Position numbers and translations under genes: made by a program. Shown here one piece after another: positions 37,064 through 46,102 of a stretch of 64,000 bases of DNA. Within the stretch, counting starts at the first letter, position 1, and each line of letters starts with the position of its first letter. Origin of the DNA: an uncultured Bacteroidaceae bacterium (GTDB lineage: Bacteria > Bacteroidota > Bacteroidia > Bacteroidales > JAADGE01); contig CAYYQW010000011.1 in the NCBI GenBank assembly GCA_964472505.1, forward strand, positions 938 through 64,937, in the 5' to 3' direction. The notes under the pieces are model-generated. The model searched no databases, was not told the DNA's origin, and was given only the letters and a program-made list of their open reading frames with translations.

Positions 37064-37645
37064 ATGACACACAAATTACCTGAATTACCTTACAAGCTTG
37101 ATGCCCTTGAACCCCACATTAGTAAAGAAACCCTTGAATATCATTATGGTAAACATCACCAAGGATATGTAAAGAAGCTCAACGGAATGATTGGCGGTAC
37201 GGAGTTTGAAAATGCTGATTTGGAAGCTATAATAAAAAATGCCGAAGGCGGAATATTTAACAACGGAGCTCAAGTATGGAATCATACTTTTTATTTCGAG
37301 AGTTTTGCTCCCGATGGCGGAGGTGAGCCAAAAGCTAAGCTCAAAAATGCTATTGAAAAGACATTTGGTTCCTTCGATGAATTTAAAACAAAGTTCAAGG
37401 AAACAGCCGCCGGTTTGTTTGGCTCAGGTTGGACTTGGCTCGTAAAAGACGACAAAGGTGAATTAAGCATTGTAAATGAAAGCAATGCCGGAAATCCATT
37501 GCGTTTGGGCCTAAGCCCAATTCTTACCTGCGATGTGTGGGAGCATGCTTATTATATTGACAGGCGGAATGCACGCCCGGAATATTTGGAAGCATTTTGG
37601 AATATTATCAACTGGGATGTTGTGGAAAAACGATTTTCCGAATAG
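37064..37645 (+). CDS. sodB: Fe/Mn superoxide dismutase (Fe-type signature)
   Basis: 193 aa. LPELPYKLDALEPHISKETLEYHYGKHH, GAQVWNHTFYF, DVWEHAYYID. Confidence 0.95.
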   Translation: MTHKLPELPYKLDALEPHISKETLEYHYGKHHQGYVKKLNGMIGGTEFENADLEAIIKNAEGGIFNNGAQVWNHTFYFESFAPDGGGEPKAKLKNAIEKTFGSFDEFKTKFKETAAGLFGSGWTWLVKDDKGELSIVNESNAGNPLRLGLSPILTCDVWEHAYYIDRRNARPEYLEAFWNIINWDVVEKRFSE

Positions 37646-37733
37646 AGGCGGCTTAGACCAAGAAATAAAAAGGCAAATGAACTGTCTTTTCAATTCATTT
37701 AGCTTGTTTTTTAATACTTAAAAAATTTTAGTT

Positions 37734-38498
37734 ATGAAGCACCGATTAAAATATTTGAAAAATTATAAGATTAAGACTAAAGATGAAGAGAGCGGAGATG
37801 TCAAAGACTTTCTGTTTGATGAACACAGTTGGATTGTGCGCTATGCAGAAGCAGATTTTGGCTCCTTCTTTTCAGCAAAACGCTTATTGATACCCCGAGT
37901 TTTTCTGGGAGAGCCTAATGAAGCCAAATCATTGATTCCAATAGAAATAAAAAAAGAAAATATAGAAAAATGCCCCTTACCGGATTCACACCGGCCGGTT
38001 TCTCGAGAATTTGAATCAAAAATGAATCAATATTATGAAATTGATAACTATTGGGCACCCGATGTGCTTCCGCCGGCAGGCGCTACCGGAACGTATTTCC
38101 CGCCGCGGCCGATTCATCCGCCGGAAAAGGCAGAAGAAATCAGCGAGAAAGATGTGGACAGTAAACTGAGAAGTTTCAAAGAAATAAAGGGTTATGATAT
38201 TGAAGCTCAGGACGGGACATTTGGTGAGGTCTATGATTTGATAATAGATTCAAAAGATTTCCAAATTGTTTATTTGATAATAGATACCGAAGGTTGGTTG
38301 CCTTGGAGTAAAAAGGTTCAAATCCCAATCAGTTATTTGAGTAACATAAGTTATGCTTATGAGCGTATAAGCATGAATTTATCGAAAGACAGCCTGAAAA
38401 ATGCCCCTGAATTTGACGCAAAGAAATTCAGAGACGAACAAAACGAAAAGACTGTCTTTGAGTTTTTTGCCGACTTACCGGGCTTAGATATGAAATAA
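37734..38498 (+). CDS. PRC-barrel domain protein (two PRC-like modules separated by a Pro-rich linker)
   Basis: 254 aa. N-module GDVKDFLFDEHSWIVRYAEADFG...LLIP. C-module IKGYDIEAQDGTFGEVYDLIIDSKDFQIVYLIIDTEGW. The family call is from memory of PRC-barrel stress proteins. Confidence 0.75.
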   Translation: MKHRLKYLKNYKIKTKDEESGDVKDFLFDEHSWIVRYAEADFGSFFSAKRLLIPRVFLGEPNEAKSLIPIEIKKENIEKCPLPDSHRPVSREFESKMNQYYEIDNYWAPDVLPPAGATGTYFPPRPIHPPEKAEEISEKDVDSKLRSFKEIKGYDIEAQDGTFGEVYDLIIDSKDFQIVYLIIDTEGWLPWSKKVQIPISYLSNISYAYERISMNLSKDSLKNAPEFDAKKFRDEQNEKTVFEFFADLPGLDMK

Positions 38499-38515
38499 TT
38501 ACACTAACTTCAATT

Positions 38516-38547
38516 AAAGGTGCAAGCTGATGTTTGCACCTTTTTTT
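38516..38547 (+). terminator. Rho-independent terminator after the PRC-barrel gene (overlaps the tag stop codon)
   Basis: aaaggtgcaa-gctgatgt-ttgcaccttt stem-loop followed by ttttt. Confidence 0.65.
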
Positions 38548-39115
38548 ATGATTTCGCAAGCACTTCTTTATGTCGAAAACATCTGATTTCATGGTCGTTA
38601 ACCATGCCGGCAGCTTGCATAAATGCATAACATATGGTAGGTCCCGTGAAATTAAAACCTTCTTTTTTTAAGGCTTTGCTCATGGCTTGTGATTCGGTTG
38701 TTTCGGTCGGAATATCTTCGGGCTTTTCCCAATAATTGACTAAAGTTTGCCCTTTTGTAAACTGCCAAATGTATTGGTCGAAACTGCCGTACTTTTCCTG
38801 TAAGCGAATGAAGTTTTGGGCATTCTTAATACCGGCCTCTATTTTAAGCTTATTTCGAATAATTCCTTTATTATTCATGAGCTCATTTACTTTCTTGTCT
38901 GAGTATTGAGCAATTTTTTTGTAATCAAAATGGTCAAAACTTTCGCGAAAGTTATTGCGTTTTTTTAGTATGGTCAGCCAACTTAATCCGGCTTGAAATG
39001 CATCTAATAATAAAAATTCAAATAACTTTGTATCATCGTGAACGGGAATGCCCCATTCGTTGTCGTGATATTCAATTTCTAAAGGGTGTTTTGCCCATGC
39101 ACAGCGTTTTTTCAT
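38546..39115 (-). CDS. tag: DNA-3-methyladenine glycosylase I
   Basis: MKKRCAWAKHPLEIEYHDNEWGIPVHDDTKLFEFLLLDAFQAGLSWLTILKKR... aligns by eye with E. coli Tag (MERCGWVSQDPLYIAYHDNEWGVP...). C-terminus TICYAFMQAAGMVNDH. The start was trimmed to the ATG at 39115. Confidence 0.9.
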   Translation of the reverse strand: MKKRCAWAKHPLEIEYHDNEWGIPVHDDTKLFEFLLLDAFQAGLSWLTILKKRNNFRESFDHFDYKKIAQYSDKKVNELMNNKGIIRNKLKIEAGIKNAQNFIRLQEKYGSFDQYIWQFTKGQTLVNYWEKPEDIPTETTESQAMSKALKKEGFNFTGPTICYAFMQAAGMVNDHEIRCFRHKEVLAKS

Positions 39116-39130
39116 AAAAAGAGTTTCAAA

Positions 39131-40219
39131 ATGACACAACAAATATATAAAAATACACCGGATACGGCACAAGCGCCCATTATTATTGCAGGGCCTTGCA
39201 GTGCCGAAAATGAAGAACAGCTTCTTTCCACAGCCGAAGGAATATCGAAATTATCGCAGGTAAGCATTTTTAGAGCCGGAATATGGAAACCCAGAACCAA
39301 GCCCGGCACTTTTGAAGGAGTTGGCGAAAAGGCTTTTCCGTGGCTCAAAAAAGTAAAGGAAAAATACGGCTTGAAAACCGCCGTTGAGATTGCCAAACCG
39401 GAGCATGTTGAATTGTGCCTGTCTCATCCGGAGAGCATTGATATGGTATGGATTGGCGCCCGAACAACCGGCAATCCTTTTTCTGTACAAGCTATTGCCG
39501 ATGCTTTGGAAGGAGCCGACATACCGGTTATGATTAAAAATCCCATAAATCCTGATTTAGGCTTGTGGATAGGAGCCACACAACGCATTATGCGGGCCGG
39601 AATAAAGAATATTATGGCAATACATCGCGGTTTTTCCCCTTTTTCCGAAACCTATTTGCGTAATATTCCAAAATGGGAAATAGCCATAGATTATCGCATC
39701 CAATTTCCGGAGATTCCCATGATAAATGACCCGAGCCATATTTCAGGCAGTCGGCTTTATATCCTGAAGATTGCTCAAAGAGCATTGAATCTGAATTTTA
39801 ACGGGCTGATGATTGAAACGCATTTTTGTCCTGAAAAAGCCAAAAGTGATGCAGAGCAGCAGCTTACCCCCAAGCAACTAAGTGAAATTTTGGATGCTTT
39901 ACAATTTCGAATACCTCCCGGTGATGAGCAGGAGGATAATCAACTGTTAAATGACTTTCGTGATCAAATTGATTCCATTGATTATCAATTGCTGGAATTA
40001 CTTGCTAAACGTATGCATATTGTGGAAAATATAGGTAAATATAAGCAAAAGAATAATATCAGTATTTTTCAGCTGAAACGTTGGATTGGCATTATAGAGT
40101 CGCGCCTTGAATTCGGAAAACGATTTGGGATGCATGAAGCTTTTGTCAAAAATTTATTGCAACTTGTCCATCAGGAATCCATAAGGCAACAAGCGGAAAT
40201 TATGAATGGTACAAGCTGA
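39131..40219 (+). CDS. Bifunctional 3-deoxy-7-phosphoheptulonate (DAHP) synthase / chorismate mutase type II
   Basis: The ATG at 39131 (MTQQIYKNTPDTAQAPIIIAGPCSAENEEQ) is preferred. Type I-beta DAHPS/KDO8PS-like TIM barrel. The C-terminal ~90 aa carry the CM_2 pattern (LNDFRDQIDSIDYQLLELLAKRMHIVENIGKYK). Confidence 0.9.
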   Translation: MTQQIYKNTPDTAQAPIIIAGPCSAENEEQLLSTAEGISKLSQVSIFRAGIWKPRTKPGTFEGVGEKAFPWLKKVKEKYGLKTAVEIAKPEHVELCLSHPESIDMVWIGARTTGNPFSVQAIADALEGADIPVMIKNPINPDLGLWIGATQRIMRAGIKNIMAIHRGFSPFSETYLRNIPKWEIAIDYRIQFPEIPMINDPSHISGSRLYILKIAQRALNLNFNGLMIETHFCPEKAKSDAEQQLTPKQLSEILDALQFRIPPGDEQEDNQLLNDFRDQIDSIDYQLLELLAKRMHIVENIGKYKQKNNISIFQLKRWIGIIESRLEFGKRFGMHEAFVKNLLQLVHQESIRQQAEIMNGTS

Positions 40220-40353
40220 TAGTTTTTTAGTGATTATTATGAATGTTATATTTAGTCGTATAAAAATATGCTGTTTATCACAAAAAACAGTCTATATATA
40301 AAAAATAGACAGGTATAAGAAATCAGTAAGAGTTGATAGTATATATTTTTTTG

Positions 40354-40361
40354 TATATTTG
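40354..40361 (+). promoter_or_regulatory. Candidate -7 box (TATATTTG) for the XRE-family gene
   Basis: Exact TAnnTTTG match 41 nt upstream of the ATG at 40402. Confidence 0.4.
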
Positions 40362-40401
40362 CTAAATAAGTTAATTCATGAAAATATAAAAACAATTTGT
40401 T

Positions 40402-40704
40402 ATGAATATTACTAAAAAAATTCAAGAACTCAGATCGGAAAAGGGCTGGTCCGTTGCCGAACTGTCAAGACGTTGCGATATACCCACGGTGAGCTTAAGA
40501 GTTATGCTGAACCGCAATAACCCAAACAATTATAATGTAAAATCATTAATTAAAATTGCTGATTCATTAGGCACAAGTGTTTCGTATCTAACTTCTGAGA
40601 ATCAAAAAGATATACCGGCGCTTTCGGAACAGCAGCAAGATCAGATTAGCGATGCAGTTGCAAAAGTTGTAAAAGACGTTCTTTCCGGCCGGCGAAGCAT
40701 TTAA
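40402..40704 (+). CDS. XRE-family helix-turn-helix protein
   Basis: 100 aa. IQELRSEKGWSVAELSRRCDIPTVSLRVMLNRNNPN...SLIKIADSLGTSVSYL is a Cro/C1-type HTH, followed by a Q/D-rich tail. Confidence 0.75.
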   Translation: MNITKKIQELRSEKGWSVAELSRRCDIPTVSLRVMLNRNNPNNYNVKSLIKIADSLGTSVSYLTSENQKDIPALSEQQQDQISDAVAKVVKDVLSGRRSI

Positions 40705-40841
40705 TACTCAAATACTGCTTTCAAATTCATAATATGTGAAGTTCTGCTTGGTTCAAGACCCTAAGGTAGCGGCTTTTTGTTTTTTTCTTATTAATTAACT
40801 TCATTTTTGCACTCTTTTTAGGAAGCTAAGCTTATTCTGTG

Positions 40842-40849
40842 TAAATTTG
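40842..40849 (+). promoter_or_regulatory. Candidate -7 box (TAAATTTG) for the cold-shock gene
   Basis: TAnnTTTG match 26 nt upstream of the ATG at 40875. Confidence 0.45.
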
Positions 40850-40874
40850 CTCTACATTATCAAATTATCAAAAA

Positions 40875-41084
40875 ATGAATATGAAAGGACGAGTTAAATG
40901 GTTTGATGCCTCCAAAGGCTTTGGTTTTATCCACACAGAGGAAGGCTACGATATATTTGTTCACTATACCGGTATTAACGACCGTGATATACAGTCGTTG
41001 GAAGAAGGCGAGGAAGTGGAATTTGAAGTACAGGACGGGCGCAGAGGCCCGCATGCCGTTAATGTTAATCGAAAAATGGCATAA
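40875..41084 (+). CDS. Cold-shock domain protein (CspA family)
   Basis: MNMKGRVKWFDASKGFGFIHTEEGYDIFVHYTGI... carries the RNP1 (KGFGFI) and RNP2 (IFVHY) motifs. The true start may be the second ATG at 40881. Confidence 0.95.
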   Translation: MNMKGRVKWFDASKGFGFIHTEEGYDIFVHYTGINDRDIQSLEEGEEVEFEVQDGRRGPHAVNVNRKMA

Positions 41085-41125
41085 TTTTTATCACAGGATT
41101 CCTTAATAAATATATAAAACCCGAT

Positions 41126-41671
41126 TTAGATAAATTTATCCGGGTCTTGTTCTCTTTCGTTATACTTTTGAGCCAAGTAAGCCATTGCCTGAGAAAAAGT
41201 TTTTACGGCTTCGTTGGTTTCCTTGCTTACTTCTTTATTGCTTATTCGCAGCAGAAGCACTCCGTATAAACCATGCAGGCAAGTATCTGTTTCGTTAAGG
41301 CTTTCGCCGTTCATTTTTTCTTCTAATTTTTGAATATGCGGCAAAGCTTTAAAGAATAACTCTTTGTATTGTATTTCGCCGGGTAATTTCAGCAAGCGCA
41401 AATGCAAGTCGTGCATATCTGTTACAATATTTTTCACAATCTGTAAATGTCCTTGTTTTTGTATGCGCTCCATTTCCATCATTTGGATAATATCGCTGTA
41501 CCATTGCCGTATCTGCGCTTTGGTTTCATCATCAACTTGGTACTGATTGATGATTTGTTCTTCAATCAAGTCCAAATCAAACTTAAAAGCACGAATTTGA
41601 TCTTCAATTTGCCACATGTACAATACATATTCGGCAATATTTTCTTTTCTTTTTTGTTGAGCAATCAGCAT
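41126..41671 (-). CDS. Conserved Bacteroidota hypothetical protein (DUF4924-like, from memory)
   Basis: MLIAQQKRKENIAEYVLYMWQIEDQIRAFKFDLDLIEE... is an all-helical protein. The start was trimmed to the ATG at 41671. The family assignment is recalled, not verified. Confidence 0.65.
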   Translation of the reverse strand: MLIAQQKRKENIAEYVLYMWQIEDQIRAFKFDLDLIEEQIINQYQVDDETKAQIRQWYSDIIQMMEMERIQKQGHLQIVKNIVTDMHDLHLRLLKLPGEIQYKELFFKALPHIQKLEEKMNGESLNETDTCLHGLYGVLLLRISNKEVSKETNEAVKTFSQAMAYLAQKYNEREQDPDKFI

Positions 41672-41713
41672 GAATAATATTTTTTGTTTGCGAAATAAAT
41701 CAGAGCGCAAAGA

Positions 41714-41752
41714 AACAAAAAAAGTTTTCCCTAAAAAAGAGAAAACTTTTTT
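41714..41752 (-). terminator. Intrinsic terminator after sucD
   Basis: aaagttttc / gaaaacttt 9-bp stem. On the - strand it is followed by a U-run (plus-strand A-run about 41715-41723). Confidence 0.65.
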
Positions 41753-41776
41753 GCTTAAAGTATCTTATTGAGTGCA

Positions 41777-42646
41777 TTATTTTAGCAATTCAGCCATTTT
41801 AATACCGATTTCTGCGGGTGAATCCACCACATTTACACCGGCTTCAGACAGAATGCGTTTTTTTGCTTGAGCTGTGTCGTCTTTTCCGCCGATAATGGCT
41901 CCGGCATGACCCATACGCTTTCCTTTAGGTGCAGTTTCTCCGGCAATAAATCCGACAACGGGTTTTTTTCCGTTTTCTTTAATCCATGCAGCAGCTTCGG
42001 CTTCCATGTTTCCGCCAATTTCACCAATAATTACAATGCCTTTGGTTTCCGGGTCTTCTTCGAAAAGTTTAACGGCATCCAAGGTAGAAGTTCCGATAAT
42101 CGGGTCACCGCCAATACCGATGGCTGTGGTTTGCCCAAGCCCGGCTTTACTGATTTGGTCAACGGCTTCATAAGTTAAAGTTCCTGATTTTGAAACAATA
42201 CCCACAGTTCCTTTTTGGAAGATAAAGCCCGGCATAATGCCAATTTTAGCTTCGTCTGCCGTAATAATTCCGGGGCAATTGGGCCCAATGAGCCGGCTGT
42301 CTTTATCGCTCAGGTATTCTTTTACTTTAATCATGTCTTGAGTGGGAATACCTTCGGTAATCGTAACAATTACTTTAATACCGGCTTCGGCTGCTTCCAT
42401 TATGGCGTCGGCAGCAAAGGGGGGCGGTACAAAAATTACGGATACATCGGCTGCGGTTTCTTTTACGGCATCGGCCACGGTGTTAAACACGGGTTTGCCC
42501 AGATGGAATTTTCCGCCTTTTCCGGGAGTTACACCGCCTACCACATTTGTGCCGTAAGCAATCATTTGTTCGGCATGAAAACTGCCTTCGCTGCCGGTGA
42601 ATCCTTGTACAATTACTTTAGAATCTTTATTGACTAATACACTCAT
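41777..42646 (-). CDS. sucD: Succinate--CoA ligase subunit alpha
   Basis: 289 aa. [47 protein letters not shown], phosphohistidine motif GHAGAII. Confidence 0.97.
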   Translation of the reverse strand: MSVLVNKDSKVIVQGFTGSEGSFHAEQMIAYGTNVVGGVTPGKGGKFHLGKPVFNTVADAVKETAADVSVIFVPPPFAADAIMEAAEAGIKVIVTITEGIPTQDMIKVKEYLSDKDSRLIGPNCPGIITADEAKIGIMPGFIFQKGTVGIVSKSGTLTYEAVDQISKAGLGQTTAIGIGGDPIIGTSTLDAVKLFEEDPETKGIVIIGEIGGNMEAEAAAWIKENGKKPVVGFIAGETAPKGKRMGHAGAIIGGKDDTAQAKKRILSEAGVNVVDSPAEIGIKMAELLK

Positions 42647-42822
42647 GTTATGTTTTTTTTATTTGTTATATTTTTTTCAAAAGTAATTTTTTTATGAGAT
42701 AACGCCAAAAAATTTTCGTATCCGGATAAATCAATTAAACTTTTTTTTATTTCAAACTTTTAATCGGATAGTTAAAACATAAGCTGATACCGACGGAAAT
42801 TTTTGGTTGATATTTTGTTTTC

Positions 42823-43515
42823 TTATTTTAAATCTTTTACCGTTTTTTCTTTGGAATTCAATGATTTAGTAAGCATTTCCTCAAGCTTGCTTTTTATTTC
42901 ATTGACCGCTATATTTTTTCCGGTCTCTATTTGCAAAGAAGTTGCTTTTTTGTCGGTAAATCCGCAAGGGTTTATATGGCTAAAGTAAGATAAATCGGTT
43001 GTTATATTTAGTGCAAAGCCGTGCATGGTAATGTTTCGGTTTACTTTTACGCCTACGGCACAAATTTTTCGTTCGTCCGGTTTTCCGGTATCTAACCAAA
43101 CGCCGGCTGCCCCTTTTTTTATTTCGCCTTTCAGGCCGTAATCGGCAATGAGCTCGCTTATAACGCTTTCCAATTTGTAGATATAGTCTTTGACGCCGAT
43201 ATTAAATTGATCCAAATCAATAATCGGGTAGCCGACCAATTGTCCCGGTCCGTGATAAGTAATATCCCCGCCGCGGTTGCTTTTGTAATAAGTTGCATGT
43301 ATTCTGCGAAGAAAATTTTCATCTGCCAATAAGTTGTTTTGGTTGCCGCTGTTGCCCAATGTATAAACATGCGGATGCTCGCACCACAGAATATGATTAT
43401 CGGGTGTTTCTCCGGTTTTTTTTTGAGTTATTTTTTTTTCAAAAAGCCGGTTTTGAAATTCAAAAGCATCCGCATAGTTTATGCGGCCTAAATCATTGAA
43501 AATAAGTTTTGGCAT
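42823..43515 (-). CDS. lipB: Lipoyl(octanoyl) transferase
   Basis: 230 aa. RGGDITYHGPGQLVGYPI, KICAVGVKVNRNITMHGFALN. Confidence 0.93.
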   Translation of the reverse strand: MPKLIFNDLGRINYADAFEFQNRLFEKKITQKKTGETPDNHILWCEHPHVYTLGNSGNQNNLLADENFLRRIHATYYKSNRGGDITYHGPGQLVGYPIIDLDQFNIGVKDYIYKLESVISELIADYGLKGEIKKGAAGVWLDTGKPDERKICAVGVKVNRNITMHGFALNITTDLSYFSHINPCGFTDKKATSLQIETGKNIAVNEIKSKLEEMLTKSLNSKEKTVKDLK

Positions 43516-43537
43516 TTTTTAATTATTCTGTTTATTT

Positions 43538-44401
43538 CTATTTTGCATGTTTTTCCGCATGGTATGAAGAACGAACCAGCGGACTGCTTTCCACGTATTT
43601 AAAGCCCATTTCCAAGCCCAATTTTCTCCATTTTTCAAAAACTTCCGGCCTAATATATTCTTCTACTTCTGCATGCTTAGGTGTGGGCTGTAAATATTGC
43701 CCGATGGTTAATACTTGACATCCCGCCCTGCGTAAATCGCGCATGGTTTCTTCCACTTCTTCCTGAGTTTCGCCCAGACCGACCATAATGCCTGATTTTG
43801 AGCGTAAACCTAAAGCAGTTATTTGTTTTACAACAGATAAACTTCGGTCGTACTCGGCTTTGCTGCGTATTTTTTTTGTCAGGCGGCGAACAGTTTCCAT
43901 ATTGTGCGAAACCACTTCTTGTCCCGCTTTGGCGACTTTTTCGATAAGTTCGGGTCGGCCGTCAAAATCGGGAATTAAAGTTTCTATGGTTGTATTCGGG
44001 TTTAATTTTTTGATTTGCTTAACGGTTTCAGCCCAAATTTCGGCGCCGCCGTCTTCCAGATCATCTCTATCCACCGAAGTTATAACGCAGTGCTTCAATT
44101 CGAGCTCTTTTACCGATTGTGCTACTTTTTCAGGTTCATTTTTATCCGGAGCTAAAGGTTTTCCGGTTTTTACTGCACAAAATTTGCAGGCTCGCGTGCA
44201 AATGTCTCCCAGTATCATTAATGTTGCTGTTCCTCTGTCCCAGCATTCTCCCAAGTTAGGGCATTTCCCGCTGGTACATATAGTATGCAGCTTTTTACCG
44301 TTAACGGCTTGGTTTACTGAGCGGTATTTGCTTTTGTGGGGCAGTCTTATTTTGAGCCAATCCGGCTTTTGTCGTTTCGTTTGTTTTATTTTATTTTCCA
44401 T
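43538..44401 (-). CDS. lipA: Lipoyl synthase
   Basis: KPDWLKIRLP, CPNLGECW, radical-SAM CTRACKFC, SGIMVGLGET. The start was trimmed to the ATG at 44401. Confidence 0.95.
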   Translation of the reverse strand: MENKIKQTKRQKPDWLKIRLPHKSKYRSVNQAVNGKKLHTICTSGKCPNLGECWDRGTATLMILGDICTRACKFCAVKTGKPLAPDKNEPEKVAQSVKELELKHCVITSVDRDDLEDGGAEIWAETVKQIKKLNPNTTIETLIPDFDGRPELIEKVAKAGQEVVSHNMETVRRLTKKIRSKAEYDRSLSVVKQITALGLRSKSGIMVGLGETQEEVEETMRDLRRAGCQVLTIGQYLQPTPKHAEVEEYIRPEVFEKWRKLGLEMGFKYVESSPLVRSSYHAEKHAK

Positions 44402-44532
44402 TGTTTCTGAGTTTTTGTTATTACAAAGATAGAAGTCTTTTTTGAAAATAGATAAATGAAAGCAAACTTGGTTTATGAACAATATTTAAAGTTATTATAT
44501 TTGTCCTGTTAATTATAGATAATAACAGATAA

Positions 44533-45495
44533 ATGACGGAAAATCAAACTCTTAAAACAGCACTTGCTCAAATAGCTCCGGTTTGGCTGAACAAAGAAAA
44601 AACGTACGAAAAAATATTAAGCTGCGTGGCCGATGCCGCTGCACAAAATGCTGATTTAACTGTTTTCGGCGAAGCCCTTTTGCCCGGTTATCCGCATTGG
44701 TTGAGCTATACCGGGGGTGCCGAATGGGACTCGCCCGTGCAGAAAGAACTTCATGCGCATTATTCCAAAAATGCCGTAGATATTGAAGCCGGCGATTTGG
44801 ATGAGCTTTGCCGATTGGCTCGGCAAAAACAGACGGCCGTATATCTCGGCATCGTTGAACGCCCGAAAGACCGCGGCGGACACAGCCTGTACTGTTCATT
44901 AGTCTATATTGACAAGGCCGGCATTATTCAATCCGTACATCGGAAACTGCAGCCCACCTACGACGAACGGCTGACATGGTCACCCGGCGATGGCCACGGC
45001 TTGCGTGTGCATCACCTTGAGGGATTCACTGCAGGCGGCCTTAACTGTTGGGAGAATTGGATGCCGCTGCCGCGTGCAAGCCTTTATGCGCAGGGCGAGA
45101 ATGTGCACATTGCTGTTTGGCCGGGTTCGGTTCGCAATACCGAAGACATTACCCGCTTCATAGCCAAAGAATCTCGTTCGTATGTCATTTCGGTTTCGGC
45201 TTTAATGAAGAAAAGCGATTTTCCGGAAGGAACACCCCACTTGGATTTTATAAAAAGCAATGTTCCGGAAATACTTACTGACGGCGGCTCATGTGCAGCC
45301 GGTCCCGACGGCCAATGGCTTTTGGAACCCGTCATAAACAAAGAAGGCATCTTTACCGTAGAGCTTGATTTTGATAAACTTGCCCAAGAGCGTCAAAATT
45401 TCGACCCATCGGGGCATTACTCCCGGCCGGATGTTACGAAACTTAGTTTGAATCGGGAACGGCAGAGTGTTTTGAATATAAAACAAAATTTATAA
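44533..45495 (+). CDS. Nitrilase (carbon-nitrogen hydrolase superfamily, branch 1-like)
   Basis: 320 aa. Catalytic E (VFGEALLPGYP), K (HRKLQPT), C in the CWE motif (GGLNCWENWMPL). Several 60-nt lines count at >50-60% GC, clearly above the window average. Confidence 0.9.
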   Translation: MTENQTLKTALAQIAPVWLNKEKTYEKILSCVADAAAQNADLTVFGEALLPGYPHWLSYTGGAEWDSPVQKELHAHYSKNAVDIEAGDLDELCRLARQKQTAVYLGIVERPKDRGGHSLYCSLVYIDKAGIIQSVHRKLQPTYDERLTWSPGDGHGLRVHHLEGFTAGGLNCWENWMPLPRASLYAQGENVHIAVWPGSVRNTEDITRFIAKESRSYVISVSALMKKSDFPEGTPHLDFIKSNVPEILTDGGSCAAGPDGQWLLEPVINKEGIFTVELDFDKLAQERQNFDPSGHYSRPDVTKLSLNRERQSVLNIKQNL

Positions 45496-45505
45496 AGGTG
45501 AAATT

Positions 45506-45931
45506 ATGAAAAAGATTGATTTTCAATTGAAAGGTATTGTCGTTGTTATTTTGATTATACAAATATTTAACGGAATTAGTGCTTTGATCGGAGGTATCGG
45601 CCTCATCCTTAATCCGGACGGCGTGGCTTTGGGTATGGATGTGGATTGGCTGAAAACTTCTCCCTTTTCTGACTTTCTGATTCCGGGCTTAATCTTGTTT
45701 TTTGTTAACGGAATAGGAAACACCGCAGGCGCTGTGCTTACTTATCGAAAATACGGCTTCGCCGTGCATATTGCAGCTCTTTTTGGCTTAATAATGTGTA
45801 TTTGGATTGCTGCCCAAGTGGCTTGGATTGGTTACGGCAGTATTTTGCAGATAGTTTATTTTGCAAGCGGTGCATTACAATACTTAACCGCAAGACATTA
45901 TTTAAGAAGAAATCTAAGATTCAATTCATGA
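45506..45931 (+). CDS. Hypothetical 4-TM membrane protein
   Basis: 141-aa ORF with four hydrophobic helices. It starts 10 nt after the nitrilase stop and is preceded by an AGGTGA Shine-Dalgarno-like motif, which is unusual in this window. Confidence 0.6.
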   Translation: MKKIDFQLKGIVVVILIIQIFNGISALIGGIGLILNPDGVALGMDVDWLKTSPFSDFLIPGLILFFVNGIGNTAGAVLTYRKYGFAVHIAALFGLIMCIWIAAQVAWIGYGSILQIVYFASGALQYLTARHYLRRNLRFNS

Positions 45932-46014
45932 GAACTGCGCCATAAGTTTTGTAGCGATTAAAATTTTTACACCAAATAATGATTTTTCCAATAACTTCTT
46001 ATCTTTGCAAATCT

Positions 46015-46047
46015 GACTTTTGAACGTCCGAAGGACTTCAAAACGTC
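46015..46047. repeat. Solo copy of the hairpin-forming intergenic repeat (same family as 53573-53721)
   Basis: gacttttgaacgtccgaaggacttcaaaacgtc matches the core of the 48-bp units at 53.6 kb and differs in the loop (GAAG versus GACA). Confidence 0.6.
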
Positions 46048-46102
46048 TCAAATGCAATGCGAAAGACTTTAAAATACAGTATCAAATATAATCCATTAAG
46101 CA

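Noticed and set aside
43788-44432. 214-aa ORF on the + strand inside lipA
   Set aside because: It is an antisense shadow of lipA, with Ser/Phe-rich composition and no recognisable motifs.
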